Shown one piece after another: positions 1 to 11,974 of a DNA stretch of 64,000 bases; the first letter of the stretch is position 1; the number at the start of each line of letters is the position of its first letter. The DNA comes from Eledone cirrhosa (taxonomy: Eukaryota). The notes beneath the pieces were generated by a model. That model worked only from the letters and a program-made list of their open reading frames with translations, made no database searches and was not told the origin of the DNA. A program made the position numbers and the translations under genes. The stretch lies in NCBI GenBank assembly GCA_964016885.1, contig OZ024740.1, positions 139,376,001 through 139,440,000 of the forward strand, read 5' to 3'.

Positions 1-499
1 AGTATACCATTAATTATATGTTAACTAAACTAAAGATAGTTAACATATTGATTTCTAAGGTGTAAATTAGTTAGTTTTATAATATTTGAAGCAGAGTTTT
101 GAAGTTAAATAGTAGTAGAGTATTAATTATAGTATAACTAAATTAAAGTTAATAACTTTATGGTATCAATATTAGGAAATGAATTTAGTAATAGGGAAAA
201 AACAAATAAAGTATTACATCGGTAGTAGAATATAAATTATAGGTTAATTAAATTAAAAATTATATATTTATTTCTATAGTATATGTTAATTAGGTATATA
301 ATAAATAAAACAGATATTGTATTTTATCAATAGCAGAATATAATTATATGCAAATAGAAATCAAAATTAATACATATACATATACATATACATACACATA
401 TATATATACATATATATACATATATATACACATATATACACATATATATACGCACACACATACACATACACATATATATATACATATTTTTTCAAAAAT

Positions 500-995
500 T
501 GCAAAGAATATATTAACTAGGTATAAATCCAAAACACATCCCATTCTATGATTACATGACATTCTGCAATTCGTCTGTATAAGGATATTAATTTTAAGCC
601 AATTAAATTAAATTTTTAGGTTGATTAAAATTAAAACCAAATTATAAATATATTTCTAAAATGTATATTAATTAGGTCTATAATACTAAAAATTATTTCT
701 CTGTCATTGGATACACGATATTTTGTTATATTTTATCTGTAAAAGAATTATAATAAAAGGTTTAAATAAATTAAAATTAATCTATAAATTAAATTACTAA
801 GTATATATTAGTAATATTTAAAGGTTTTACACAATTTATGATTACATAATATTTTATATTCTCATCTGTAATAGAATTTTAATTAAATTAAATTTATAGG
901 TTAACTAACATTTAAATTAAATTAATTTCTAAAATAATGTTATTAATTAGGTTTATAATATTTAAATGTTTTTTTTAGTTTATGATTACACGATA
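500..995 (-). repeat. Degenerate ~140 bp tandem reiterations of the PLE ORF 3' terminus
   Basis: The motif tatgattacac/tgata recurs near 548, 708, 837 and 980, and taattaggt near 670 and 945. 668-720 translates on the minus strand as ISCIQ*QRNNF*YYRPN*, matching the ORF end ISCNHKLKKTFKYYKPN*. Confidence 0.6.
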
Positions 996-2874
996 TAATT
1001 AATTCCTGTCGTTTATTTAATAGGATATCCCTAGATTTCATTATTTCAAATAGTTCTTGGGAACATAATCTACATTCATTTCTATTATTTTGATAAGGGG
1101 TGGCTCTTTTGAGCACACTCCAGGTCAAATCATATTCTATATTCTTATTTTTATAACTATTGATTTTTTCTGCTAGAGATGTTGTATTAGCCAGTGCGGC
1201 ATTTTTAAAACTATGCTTGTGGGTATTAAACCTTGTCTTAAAATTGTTAGAGGTAGCTCCTATATATGAGCAAATAGAATCTTTAGTTTTAACATTACAT
1301 TTATAGACTATGTTGTTAACAAGACAATTCCCTTTTAATGGGCAGTTTGCTTTGTTTCTACAGTTACAACCTTTCGTTAATTCTGTATTTGAGGAGATAT
1401 TATGGTTAATTTGATGTACTAGTGGTATACTTATGGTTTTCTTACATTTATATGCATTATAGGCACTTATATTTTGTTTTATGTTATTTGTTGTAGAGTA
1501 TGAGAATTTAACTGTAGACCTATTTAAGATTTGATGGTATTTGTGGTTTGGCGGGAAGTTTTTCTCTAGGATATAAAAAATTTTTTTAGCAATATTATCC
1601 TTAATTTGTAAATTAAATGGAGCATTATACCAAGTAACCCGTCTATTACGGTTTCTATGTTGTTTATTATTTTTATTATTTTTATAGGTTGTATCGTGAT
1701 TTTTACTAGGAGGATTAATGTTAATGATCTCACCACAACCATTTTTAGTTATATTTGTAGATTTAGGTGTTTTATCCTTTTTATTAGGAGTTTTATTATT
1801 AATATTTATTAGAGTTGTATGATAAGTAGTTTTTTGAGAGTTACTATACTTTATATTAGAAGATTTGGTATTTTGGGGTATAGTGTGGGTGGCATTTAGG
1901 TGTGTACTTTTCATTTGGTGTTTGTTGGTAATATTAGGTTGTATGCTTTCAGTATTTTTAGTAGAAGGTATATATTCTAATCTATTTTTGTGGCCACTTC
2001 TATCTAGAGCTTCGTTATAGAAGGTCGCATTTTTATCAAATACATCTTGGTTAGAAGAAAGGTTAGAAATTCTAAGTGATATATTATATGCAAGGTTTTT
2101 AAGGATAGATTTAGGGTGATTAGATTGTGAGTGTATGTAATGTAAGTTTTGGTTTGGTTTATGGTAAGGTTGGTAGATACCCGTAGCTAAATCTAAAGTT
2201 ATATCTAGGAAATTTACTACTTTACTTGTTTTTTCAAAAGTAATATTAAGATTATAATAGTCTTTAAGGAAAGTTCTAATATGTTTTTTGTTTTTTTCAA
2301 TTTCTGAAAGGCTAAGGTTGTTAGAAAGAAGAAGACAGTCATCACGATATAAACCACCTTTGAGGTGGGGAAAGGAGGCATTTATGTTGAAAAGGAGAAA
2401 GAGGCCCACAAGATCAGTAATTTGGGCGGAATCGCTTGAACCCATAGTAATATCAAAAAGATTACTATATGTGTTTCTGGTCCAGTATTCATTCTGAAAT
2501 TCAATAAGTGTTAGTCTAGCATGTGTAATAATATTAATGTCATCCAAAGTTAAGTTAGATCTATTTTTAGCAAATATCAATGCTTTGTTCAGGAGTATAG
2601 GTGATATAGAAGAATAGTAATTATCTATATCAAATTGTAGAAATGAAGCAGAAGATTTACATCTAATATTTTTAAACCAGTTAATTACCTGGGAGGTGTT
2701 TTCCCAGAGTGGTAAAATAACGTGTTTTCTTATTTGTGGGATGACTCTATCCAAAATTTTTTTACTAATTATTCCAATATCTGATTTGGAGGGACATATA
2801 AGTCTAATAGAAGGATTTGAGTTAAAGTTTGATTTATGATCCTTCAGGTTGAAGTGTGGTCTTTTCAATGCCAA
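943..2874 (-). CDS. Penelope-like element (Naiad-type) polyprotein: reverse transcriptase plus C-terminal GIY-YIG endonuclease, 5'-truncated but uninterrupted
   Basis: The ORF has LKDHK..F..NPSIRLICPSKS, FLQFDIDNYYSSI, FDITMGSSDSA, LYRDD and NFLDITLDL, the linker motif CNCRNKANCPLKGNC, GIY-YIG-like IVY...SYIG, and terminal CRLC...LNKRQE...CNH. Confidence 0.93.
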   Translation of the reverse strand: MALKRPHFNLKDHKSNFNSNPSIRLICPSKSDIGIISKKILDRVIPQIRKHVILPLWENTSQVINWFKNIRCKSSASFLQFDIDNYYSSISPILLNKALIFAKNRSNLTLDDINIITHARLTLIEFQNEYWTRNTYSNLFDITMGSSDSAQITDLVGLFLLFNINASFPHLKGGLYRDDCLLLSNNLSLSEIEKNKKHIRTFLKDYYNLNITFEKTSKVVNFLDITLDLATGIYQPYHKPNQNLHYIHSQSNHPKSILKNLAYNISLRISNLSSNQDVFDKNATFYNEALDRSGHKNRLEYIPSTKNTESIQPNITNKHQMKSTHLNATHTIPQNTKSSNIKYSNSQKTTYHTTLININNKTPNKKDKTPKSTNITKNGCGEIININPPSKNHDTTYKNNKNNKQHRNRNRRVTWYNAPFNLQIKDNIAKKIFYILEKNFPPNHKYHQILNRSTVKFSYSTTNNIKQNISAYNAYKCKKTISIPLVHQINHNISSNTELTKGCNCRNKANCPLKGNCLVNNIVYKCNVKTKDSICSYIGATSNNFKTRFNTHKHSFKNAALANTTSLAEKINSYKNKNIEYDLTWSVLKRATPYQNNRNECRLCSQELFEIMKSRDILLNKRQELIISCNHKLKKTFKYYKPN

Positions 2875-2879
2875 AGGTG

Positions 2880-3084
2880 TTTGTATGTATATACCGATAT
2901 ATAGATGCGTAAGTATTTGTCTGTATGTATGTATATATGTCTGTATGTATTTGTGTGTATATATAGGTATGTATGTGTATATCTGTATGTATATATGTAT
3001 GTAAGTGTATGTATATGGTTGTGTATGTGTGTATATATATGTGTGTCTATATAGTATGTGTGATTATATGTGTATGTATGAGTG

Positions 3085-3143
<59 letters not shown>

Positions 3144-3293
3144 GTGTATTTATATGTATGTGTGTATATGTATGTATGTGTGTATATGTATATGTTTATA
3201 TATGTGTGTATGTATGCTCTAAGTGTGGATGTGTGTATATGTATGTATGTGTTTGTATATGTGTATGTGTATATATATGTGTGTGTGTGTGTG

Positions 3294-3340
<47 letters not shown>
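2880..3340. repeat. Compound (TA)n/(TG)n/(TATG)n microsatellite at the PLE 5' truncation point
   Basis: Direct reading; representative of many such tracts across the window. Confidence 0.95.
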
Positions 3341-3341
<1 letters not shown>

Positions 3342-3979
3342 CTTGATATATTTCTTTTTTCTTCTTTTTTCTTTTTCTTTTCTTTCCTTTTTAATGTTTA
3401 TTTATTATTTATTATTTTTTATTTTCTTAGTTTATAGATACATCTATATTAAGCAGTCAGCCCAAACCGTTGAATACTGACCTCTCCCCCCCCCCCCCTC
3501 CCACCTAATTTCTGTATCTTTATCTAAATGTGTGTGCCAGTGTTTATGTGAGTGAATTAATATCCATGTGCTTAGGATTTTATATCCACATATATATATG
3601 TGAGTGGGGGTGTGTGTGTGTTTGTATGTTCGTAATTTATGTGTATGTTTATGCATATACGCGCGTGTATGTGTGATTGTACGGATATGTGTTAATATGA
3701 AAATATGTGTATACACTTATTTCATATTTATGTATCTATACGCATCTTATCTGTGCATTATAAACTTACAGAGACATTAACCTTGAAATTTTGTATTTGC
3801 ATCCATCCTTTTTATATGCGTATACAGGTTGTGCATACATTTTTGTAAAATATGTGTAAGGGTTGTTACATGTATATACACACACCGAACTGCATTAAAC
3901 CTTTTGTATTTTCATTGGTCAATTTTGTTCCCAAACGGACCTGAAAGTTTGAATTGTTGTTATTATCAATAAATATATT

Positions 3980-4131
3980 TCATTATTTCTGAAGACGGCG
4001 TATATATGTGTTGGTATGTATATTTAATCTTGATAGTTTGTATAATTTTGTATAATTTTGTACATAGATCTGTTGAATATGCATGCCAACTCTAACACAT
4101 ATATATCCTAGAAACGATCGTTAAATGATGA
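3980..4131 (+). ncRNA. Type I hammerhead ribozyme with very long stem II
   Basis: tcattattt-CTGAAGA-[tatatatgtgtt...aacacatatata, ~115 nt]-GAAAC-gatc-GTT-aaatgatga. Stem I pairs over 9 nt and stem III is palindromic. Confidence 0.65.
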
Positions 4132-4204
4132 ACTTTTTTTGTTTAATATAAGGAATTGTTTATTCATTATTTGTTTAATATTTTATATATATATATATAT
4201 ATAT

Positions 4205-4400
4205 ATAGGAACAAGTAAGACCCCGATGGCTGAGCTCAAGCCGTTTCGACGACTAATTCTGTCCAGAATTAGCCGTCGAAACGGCTTGAGCTCAGCCGTC
4301 GGGTTCTTACTTGTTCCTATTACCCACTCTACTACCCTAAGTATTGAGTACTTTGGTGCGTTATGGTCCACCTGGTTCCGTACCACATTTCCTTCGTTAT
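4205..4400 (+). mobile_element. Fold-back mini-element family A (HHR 3' half, TA-flanked)
   Basis: Near-perfect palindrome 4205-4320 with apex ~4262, containing CGAAACGGCT...AGCCGTC, then a unique tail ending in (TA)n. Confidence 0.8.
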
Positions 4401-4461
4401 ATATATATAGTAATAGTAAATATGGAGACTAAAAGAAGAGGGCTCGATAAGGATTATATAT

Positions 4462-4650
4462 ATAACGAAGGAGTTGTGGTAAGGAAACAGAGGGACCATA
4501 ACGCACCAGAGTACTCAATACTTAGGGTAGTAGAGTGGGTAATAGGAAAATGTATGACACCGACGGCAGAGCTCAAGCCGTTTCGACGGGTATTTCTGGA
4601 TAGATATAGCCGTCGAAACGGCTTGAGCTCTGCCGTCGGGGCTCATACAT

Positions 4651-4655
<5 letters not shown>
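4462..4655 (-). mobile_element. Fold-back mini-element family A, opposite orientation
   Basis: Reverse-complement homolog of 4205-4400 with its own palindrome ~4546-4654. Confidence 0.8.
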
Positions 4656-4696
<41 letters not shown>

Positions 4697-4769
4697 TATA
4701 AAATATATATATAAAAAAACGCGTGTGCTAATATTTATTACATGTATAGATAGTGCTAATATTTATTAC

Positions 4770-4879
4770 AATGTATAGATTTAAGTAAAGAATCGCAGCT
4801 TTCAACCTTTTACGGGGTCTTCTGAAAATCCCGTAAAAGGGTGAAAGAAGCGATTCTTTACTTAAACTTTAATCTACAC

Positions 4880-4886
<7 letters not shown>
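4770..4886 (+). mobile_element. Fold-back mini-element family B
   Basis: Palindrome with apex at gggtcttctgaaaatccc. The right arm reads CTGAAAA-tcccgtaaaagggt-GAAA-gaagcgattc. Homologs lie at 11416, 16895 and 17690. Confidence 0.7.
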
Positions 4887-4910
<24 letters not shown>

Positions 4911-5125
4911 GAGTATGTGTGTGTGATATGTAAATTCATGTATATATATGTGTATATATATACATATTTATATATATATATATATGTATATTCATATGTA
5001 TATATATATGTATATAATATATACAGATATATGTATATGTATGATGTATCTATGTAAGTATATATATATATGTATATACAGATATATGTATATGTATGAT
5101 GTATCTATGTAAGTATATGTATATA

Positions 5126-5184
<59 letters not shown>

Positions 5185-5467
5185 ATATGTATATATATAT
5201 ATGTGAGTGTGTGTGTGTGTGTGTATACACGCACACATACACACAAACAACCATATCATATGACCAAGAAAATGCAGACGACATACCGGCAGACTAATAT
5301 TTTAAGAGAAGAATTTTTAGAATGTTACATTGCTTGTTACTGATGTTTTATGAGATGGTGTAACTGTAATTTTCTTTTGATTTTGACATTAAGCAGATTT
5401 CGGGTAAAATATATTTTGATATGAAAGTAATATGTTCGTCTACAGTTGATAAGGGGCGAATAAGGTT

Positions 5468-5548
<81 letters not shown>

Positions 5549-5649
5549 ACACATGCACATACACAGAAACGCATATATATATCGGTATCTGATTTGAGGT
5601 TTTGTGACAGGTGATATAAGGATTCAACAGTAGCGTCAGTCAAGTAATC

Positions 5650-5945
5650 TAAGCACTATACGAAAACAGTGCAGTTCTCCTGGATATGGACATCGGAACC
5701 TTCATCAAAACTTTTCCACATCTTCCTGGAGAAGAAAATGCAAGTGACATTCCGAGACATCCACACATCCCTTTTTATTGGAAGACGGTCCTTTTCCAGC
5801 CTGCTTTTTGCTGGTGATACTGACCTGTTATGGGGCGGTGAAGCAGAATTCCAGGAGCCCAACACTGAACTGGAAAGAGTGAAAGAGGCATACAAAATGG
5901 AGATCAGCTCAGAAAATAACAATATTTTAGACAAACAAAATAAAG
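5650..5945 (+). pseudogene. Degenerate RTE-type LINE reverse transcriptase fragment
   Basis: SLLFAGDTDLL...ELERVKEAYKMEISSEN resembles the (Y/F)ADD region and the following motif of RTE-clade RTs. Confidence 0.55.
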
Positions 5946-6032
5946 AAAGAAACAGAGACCTGTGGCTTCAGCTGAGTACGAAAGCGTTTAGAATGGCACC
6001 ACAACTATTGGTTGTTGCTTGCACGAGTTAAT

Positions 6033-6105
<73 letters not shown>

Positions 6106-6191
6106 AGTAAAATGACAGGAGGCCAAATATGTTGAATTTCCTTAATTATCTATTTCTGCAAACACCATGCACATTTCAGTGGTCAGGTTGC

Positions 6192-6269
<78 letters not shown>

Positions 6270-6359
6270 GTAGTTTGCAATGTGAGGTAGTGTAATGGCA
6301 TATATACTGGTGCTATTAAGTAAGACTGGCCGAAACGTATCACAATTATATATATGTAT

Positions 6360-6720
6360 ATATTAGTGACACTCCTTCGGTTACGACGATGAGTATTCCT
6401 GTTCATAAGATCAACGGAACACCCTGCTCATGGAATTTACATGCTGAGCATTCCACGAATACCTGTACTCTCCAGGGAGATTCAGCATGACACAGAATGT
6501 GACAAGGCTGACCCTTCGAATTACATTTTTGCCAGCTGATTAGTCCAGGGAGATTCAGCATGACACAGAATGTGACAAGGCTGACCCTTCGAATTACATT
6601 TTTGCCAGCTGATTAGAGTGGAACAACGAGAAAGAAAGTGTCTTGCACAAGGACACAACGCGTCGGAAATCGAACTCACGATTGTAAGTCGAATACCCTA
6701 ACCTCAAAGCCACGGTCCTT
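6360..6720 (-). mobile_element. tRNA-type SINE (second family) with an internal ~70 bp tandem duplication
   Basis: Contains gtgtcttgcacaaggacacaacgcg...gaaatcgaactc (B-box on the minus strand). The block ccagggagattcagcatg...ccagctgattag occurs twice (~6472 and ~6545). Confidence 0.65.
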
Positions 6721-7045
6721 ATTTCTATAAAGAATATATCTATATATCTATACATACACATACACAGACGCACGTATATATACATATATGTATTTGTGTG
6801 TATTTGTGCGAAATGTGTGCCTGTGATGACATGTAAACCCTACATATCTCTCTTTGTTAAGTTTTGCAATCTAAATTGATACACTTCCCCTCACAGCTAC
6901 ACTTCACTTTATTTAAAATTGAATAACGCAAATGACTTGCGTTCGTGCCAAAGCTTATCTCTTGATGGGAGGGGAACCCGGTTTCAAAGCGTTTTGCATA
7001 TCATTGAGTATGCGTTAAAGTAAATGTGAGCAGAGATGTATTATA

Positions 7046-7100
<55 letters not shown>

Positions 7101-7248
7101 AAATACACACACACATATATGTATAATACATTTATGCACACATTTACTTTAACGCATGTGTGTGTATATATATATGTGTGTGTGTGTGTGAGTGTATTTG
7201 TGCGTGTGTGTGTGAATGTGTTTGTATGTGTGCACGTATATATATATG

Positions 7249-7283
<35 letters not shown>

Positions 7284-8091
7284 ATAACCATACCACCTAG
7301 TAGAAAATCCTTTTTCTAAAAGTTCTTTACATATGTTTTACGTTGGTTTCAATGCAATGCACAACTTCCGCTTGATATCTCCATAGAAGATATTACATAA
7401 AACCATCTCATATAACGACTGTTTTGTCAAATCTAATTATATTCAGCCATCTTTTGTTTAGTATTTGGTTTAAGCATTAATTTGGACAGGAAGTAATGTT
7501 TAAAGGCAAAACAGAAAATATAAGTGCGCGCGCACATATATATATATGAGTTTTGTCATTTATTTCTTCTTTGTCTCTTCTTATTTTAGAAAGATTAGAT
7601 GTTTCTGTGTTTAAATTGAATTTTTAACAGTTTCAATACTATTCAAAGTAAATAGTATTAAGAGTAACCAGACGACACAACGCATATTGTTGAAAGTTTA
7701 CGAGTGAAATAACTTCGTGACAAAAGATTTAGCAGCAGCTAACGTTGTCCCGCCAGTGCAAGCTCAAGTTTTCGGTTCATTTCCATAGACAAACAAAAGC
7801 ATGAAGACATTTTCAATGTTCACACGAAAATTGTTGTTGTTGTTTTGGTTGTTGTTATTGTTATACTTGTTGATGTTGTTTAGCTTTCGGGCAGCTAGAG
7901 AGACATTTGATCAAATTATGTTCTACGTGGGTGAAACAGCTCAATCTATTTATTTGGAGATAATGTGCTTAGGGACTAACATACGGCAGGATGAGCGTGG
8001 AGAGAGATTTGGTTGTTGTTTCTATAAAGTTGCCCGAAATCAGTATATAGCTTCTCTAATACGGTATAGCACACTAACATACAACACGTAA

Positions 8092-8304
8092 GAGCTGTCA
8101 ACATGAATGGACCTGTTATTTTTATCTAAAGACATTTTTTCCAATTCCATCCCACTCGTCCCCTCAATATATTTTATTTCTCATTTTTTCTTCTGATGAA
8201 GGACTACCGTCCGAAACGTTAAGACCCTCTTCCTGCTATATCAAGCGCTAACCTAATATATACCTTCCATATACTGTACCGATTGTGTTGTTATTTCTGT
8301 TTAC

Positions 8305-8310
<6 letters not shown>
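8092..8310 (+). mobile_element. HHR-bearing mini-element family C
   Basis: Homologous to 20531-20955 (minus strand), with tail fragments at 9187-9236 and 24311-24350. Ends in (TA)n. Confidence 0.75.
8189..8224 (+). ncRNA. Minimal type I hammerhead ribozyme
   Basis: tctt-CTGATGA-aGGAC-tacc-GTCC-GAAAC-GTT-aaga. Confidence 0.8.
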
Positions 8311-8343
<33 letters not shown>

Positions 8344-8454
8344 AATTAGTATATCTACCAACATATGTATACAGATGCATACCTATGCTAGCAAATATAT
8401 ATGTTTTGTCTTAGTAATTTGTGGTTCTATGCAAGGGGATGCAGAACAATTATA

Positions 8455-9119
8455 TGAAAGACGTAAATAAGAAAATTATGAAAATCGACTTACTTACTAA
8501 AATTTCACTCCACTAATTAGTTTCTGTAAGGGAATAAATATGGTTACGGAACGTACCCACAGAGAAACCTTACGTCATCAGGGAGTCTATTCTCAGCTAA
8601 GCTCCTAGGCAATGCGGAGACACTGGGAACTTATATAAAAATAATTCAGTGGATGGAAAAAAGCGAGCGGGGACTAAATTCCAAGACATTGAAAAAATTC
8701 ACTGCCTACTTGGTCAGTGGCAAATCCAAAAGAATCAATCACGTGACACTGAGGTTAATCAGTGAGGAGTGGAGTGCTAATAAGACAAGGGCCTAGCCAC
8801 TACCATGAACCATAGTAGTAATTTCGGCACGTGATTGATTCTTTTGGATTTGCCACTGACCAAGTAGGCAGTGAATTTTTTCAATGTCTTGGAATTTAGT
8901 CCCCGCTCGCTTTTTTCCATCCACTGAATTATTTTTATATAAGTTCCCAGTGTCTCCGCATTGCCTGGGAGCTTAGCTGAGAATAGACTCCATGATGACG
9001 TAAGGTTTCTCTGTGGGTACGTTCCGTAACCATATTTATTCCCTTACAGAAACTAATTAGTTGGAGTGAAATTTTAGTAAGTAAGTCGATTTTCATAATT
9101 TTCTTATTTACGTCTTTCA
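8455..9119. repeat. Large inverted repeat: ~290 bp near-identical arms with an ~80 bp spacer
   Basis: 8455-8745 is the reverse complement of 8828-9119 with only a few mismatches. The arms contain (c/a)tgatgacgta...tacg. Confidence 0.9.
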
Positions 9120-9120
9120 C

Positions 9121-9152
<32 letters not shown>

Positions 9153-9237
9153 GGAGAGAGAGAGAGAGAGAGGTGTGTGTGTGTAAGTAAAAGGTAAACA
9201 GAAATAACAACACAATCGGTACAGTATATGGAAGGGA

Positions 9238-9445
9238 TTTAATATAGAAATGGCTTTTACAGGTCTAGAACTGTTTCATTCGTAAACAATCACCAGGAAA
9301 GCCCTGGGCTTTCCTGGTTATTTCTTACGATTGAAACAGTTCTAGTCTTGTAGAAGCCATTTCTATATTAAATTTTGTATATACTCTAGTAATATATTGA
9401 GTACTTCACTTACTGTGCTTACTTCCGATTGAAACCGTGAATCAC
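9238..9445 (+). mobile_element. Fold-back mini-element family D
   Basis: Palindrome 9238-9373 with apex gccctgggc, containing GAAAC-agttcta-GTC. Homolog at 21966-22150. Confidence 0.75.
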
Positions 9446-9460
9446 ACACAGACACACACA

Positions 9461-9516
<56 letters not shown>

Positions 9517-9517
9517 C

Positions 9518-9580
<63 letters not shown>

Positions 9581-9808
9581 AGTAAACAGGATCGAAGTTA
9601 ATGTAGCCCTATACATGTATTTATAAACTTTATTGCCATATTACAATCGATTCAGTATCGATCAGCTCAGGGTAAAATCATGAGCGGGACATGACTCAGT
9701 ACCACAGTACCTCATCAAATATGTGAGTTCATATGTGCAAAAACACATTCAAACTGCCAATCGTCGGTAGTTACGCACTTACCTAACACACACACACACA
9801 CACACACA

Positions 9809-9839
<31 letters not shown>

Positions 9840-10592
9840 GCACACGCACACATACACACACACACATATATATATATAACGTTAAACTAATATATAATCT
9901 TCATTGTACTGTATCGTTTCCCGGTGTTGTTTATCCAGTTACTTTTCACAAACACCCCCAGCCCCACCCCCACATCCACACCCACCCACCCACACACATA
10001 TATGTATACATATATATATTGCTGTTGTTAATTGAAAATCTGACTAATAAAATAGTCCAAGTCATGTTGCTTTCCGTGTGGTGACAGTGTAACTGAAGTA
10101 CTTTTAAATCTAGGGTGAAATATTTCCCTGAAGACTTTCCAGTGGAATATCATCTTACATACGCCTATGTCATTATTATCAGTTGTTGCTGCTAAAATCG
10201 TTAGACTGTCGGATAGAATGCATTGTAGTATTTTTTCGGGTCTCTGCATCACTAATTTCAAATCTTACCGAAATTAACGTTGCCATTTATTTTATTGGGG
10301 TCGATAAAGAAGGCTCCATTTAAGTACTGGAGTGTCTTCTTCTTCTTCTTCTTCTTCTTCTTCTTCTTCTTCTTCTTCTTCTTCACATCTCTCTCTTGCT
10401 CTTCCCTATTATTCACAATTTCTCTCACTCCCGAATGGAAAAGGATTAATGTCGAGCGATGGTCTAGTAACCTCTTCTCGTAGAAACCACAGTAGCTAAC
10501 ACGTTCACATTGCAGAAGATCGCAGGTTTTTATAGACAGATATTATGAAAGAGGGCTCTTTCTCTCAGTCTCTCTCTCTCTCTCTTTCTTTC

Positions 10593-10624
<32 letters not shown>

Positions 10625-10642
10625 CGTGTGTGTGTGTGTGTT

Positions 10643-10696
<54 letters not shown>

Positions 10697-10752
10697 AGTA
10701 TATATAAACCCGTAAAGCAAATATTTATTATTAGTAGAGATTAAAGTTTAAG

Positions 10753-10816
<64 letters not shown>

Positions 10817-11324
10817 ATTTTAAATTGGTTGAGATCTAACAAGCTACGAATTCTAGATATATTTAATTTGAATTTACCGCTTTTAGTACATTCCTCCTCG
10901 ACGAACAATTCAATAGTTGTGTGACGTGACGTCTAATTGTCTCGCTCCGTTCACTAGAATTTAGCTGTCCTCCGTGATTAAGTAGCCATTCCATGACTTT
11001 GGACTGAGCTAAAATGTTGATAGCTCCACATTGATAACACAATATAGTTGATGGCCTGCACTTTTTGCACAGTAAAGTCATTGAGACGAACAAGTCACTA
11101 AAGCACTTACTTAATCAGTCTATGTTGTGGGGACTATAGCCTGGGAAAATATGCAATTCCACTCATTAGAAATATCTTAGGGTAAACACTCTAGGTACAG
11201 ATTTACGTGTTTAATACATTTAAGTCTTGTCTCATTGAGTGAGAGACAGACAGGGTGTAGTGAATAGTTCTCCATATAACCCTATTTAAATATAAACAAT
11301 ATATATATATATTATTATTATTAT

Positions 11325-11405
11325 TGTTTTCCTATATTTTAGTCTCCGTCTATTGTATTGCCCTCTATATGTCGGCCCTTGTGGCCAATAAATGAAACCA
11401 TTATT
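11325..11405 (+). mobile_element. Tx1-like LINE 3' terminus within (ATT)n
   Basis: Ends ccttgtggccaataaatgaaacc-attattatt, like the 3' ends at 45170-45192 and 45836-45860. Confidence 0.5.
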
Positions 11406-11415
11406 ATTAGTAGTA

Positions 11416-11529
11416 GTACAGATTAAAGTATAAGAAAAGAATCGCTGCTTTCACCCTATTCTGGGATCTTCAAAAGATCTCAGAATAGGGTGAAAGCAGC
11501 GATTCGTTGCTTAAACTTTAATTTGTACT
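11416..11529 (+). mobile_element. Fold-back mini-element family B
   Basis: Palindrome with apex gatcttcaaaagatc and right arm ...gggtGAAAgcagcgattc. Confidence 0.75.
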
Positions 11530-11587
11530 AATAATAGATATTTGCTCTACGGGTTTTATGTATATATATATATATAATTATTATTAC

Positions 11588-11712
<125 letters not shown>

Positions 11713-11717
11713 CCCCC

Positions 11718-11877
<160 letters not shown>

Positions 11878-11974
11878 ATGGCGAGTTGTTTGGTTGCAAT
11901 TAAGCATAATGAAAATAAAAGTTATGGGCGAAAGAGGGCAATATCCATCGTCAGTTGTCTGCTAGGAATCATAG

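Noticed and set aside
4205-4400. Fold-back elements as MITEs or miRNA hairpins
   Set aside because: They are asymmetric with a one-sided tail, have variable apexes, contain HHR motifs, and one is attached to a PLE RT. A PLE origin fits better.
10860-11300. Possible GIY-YIG remnant or host exon
   Set aside because: The resemblance is too weak to support.
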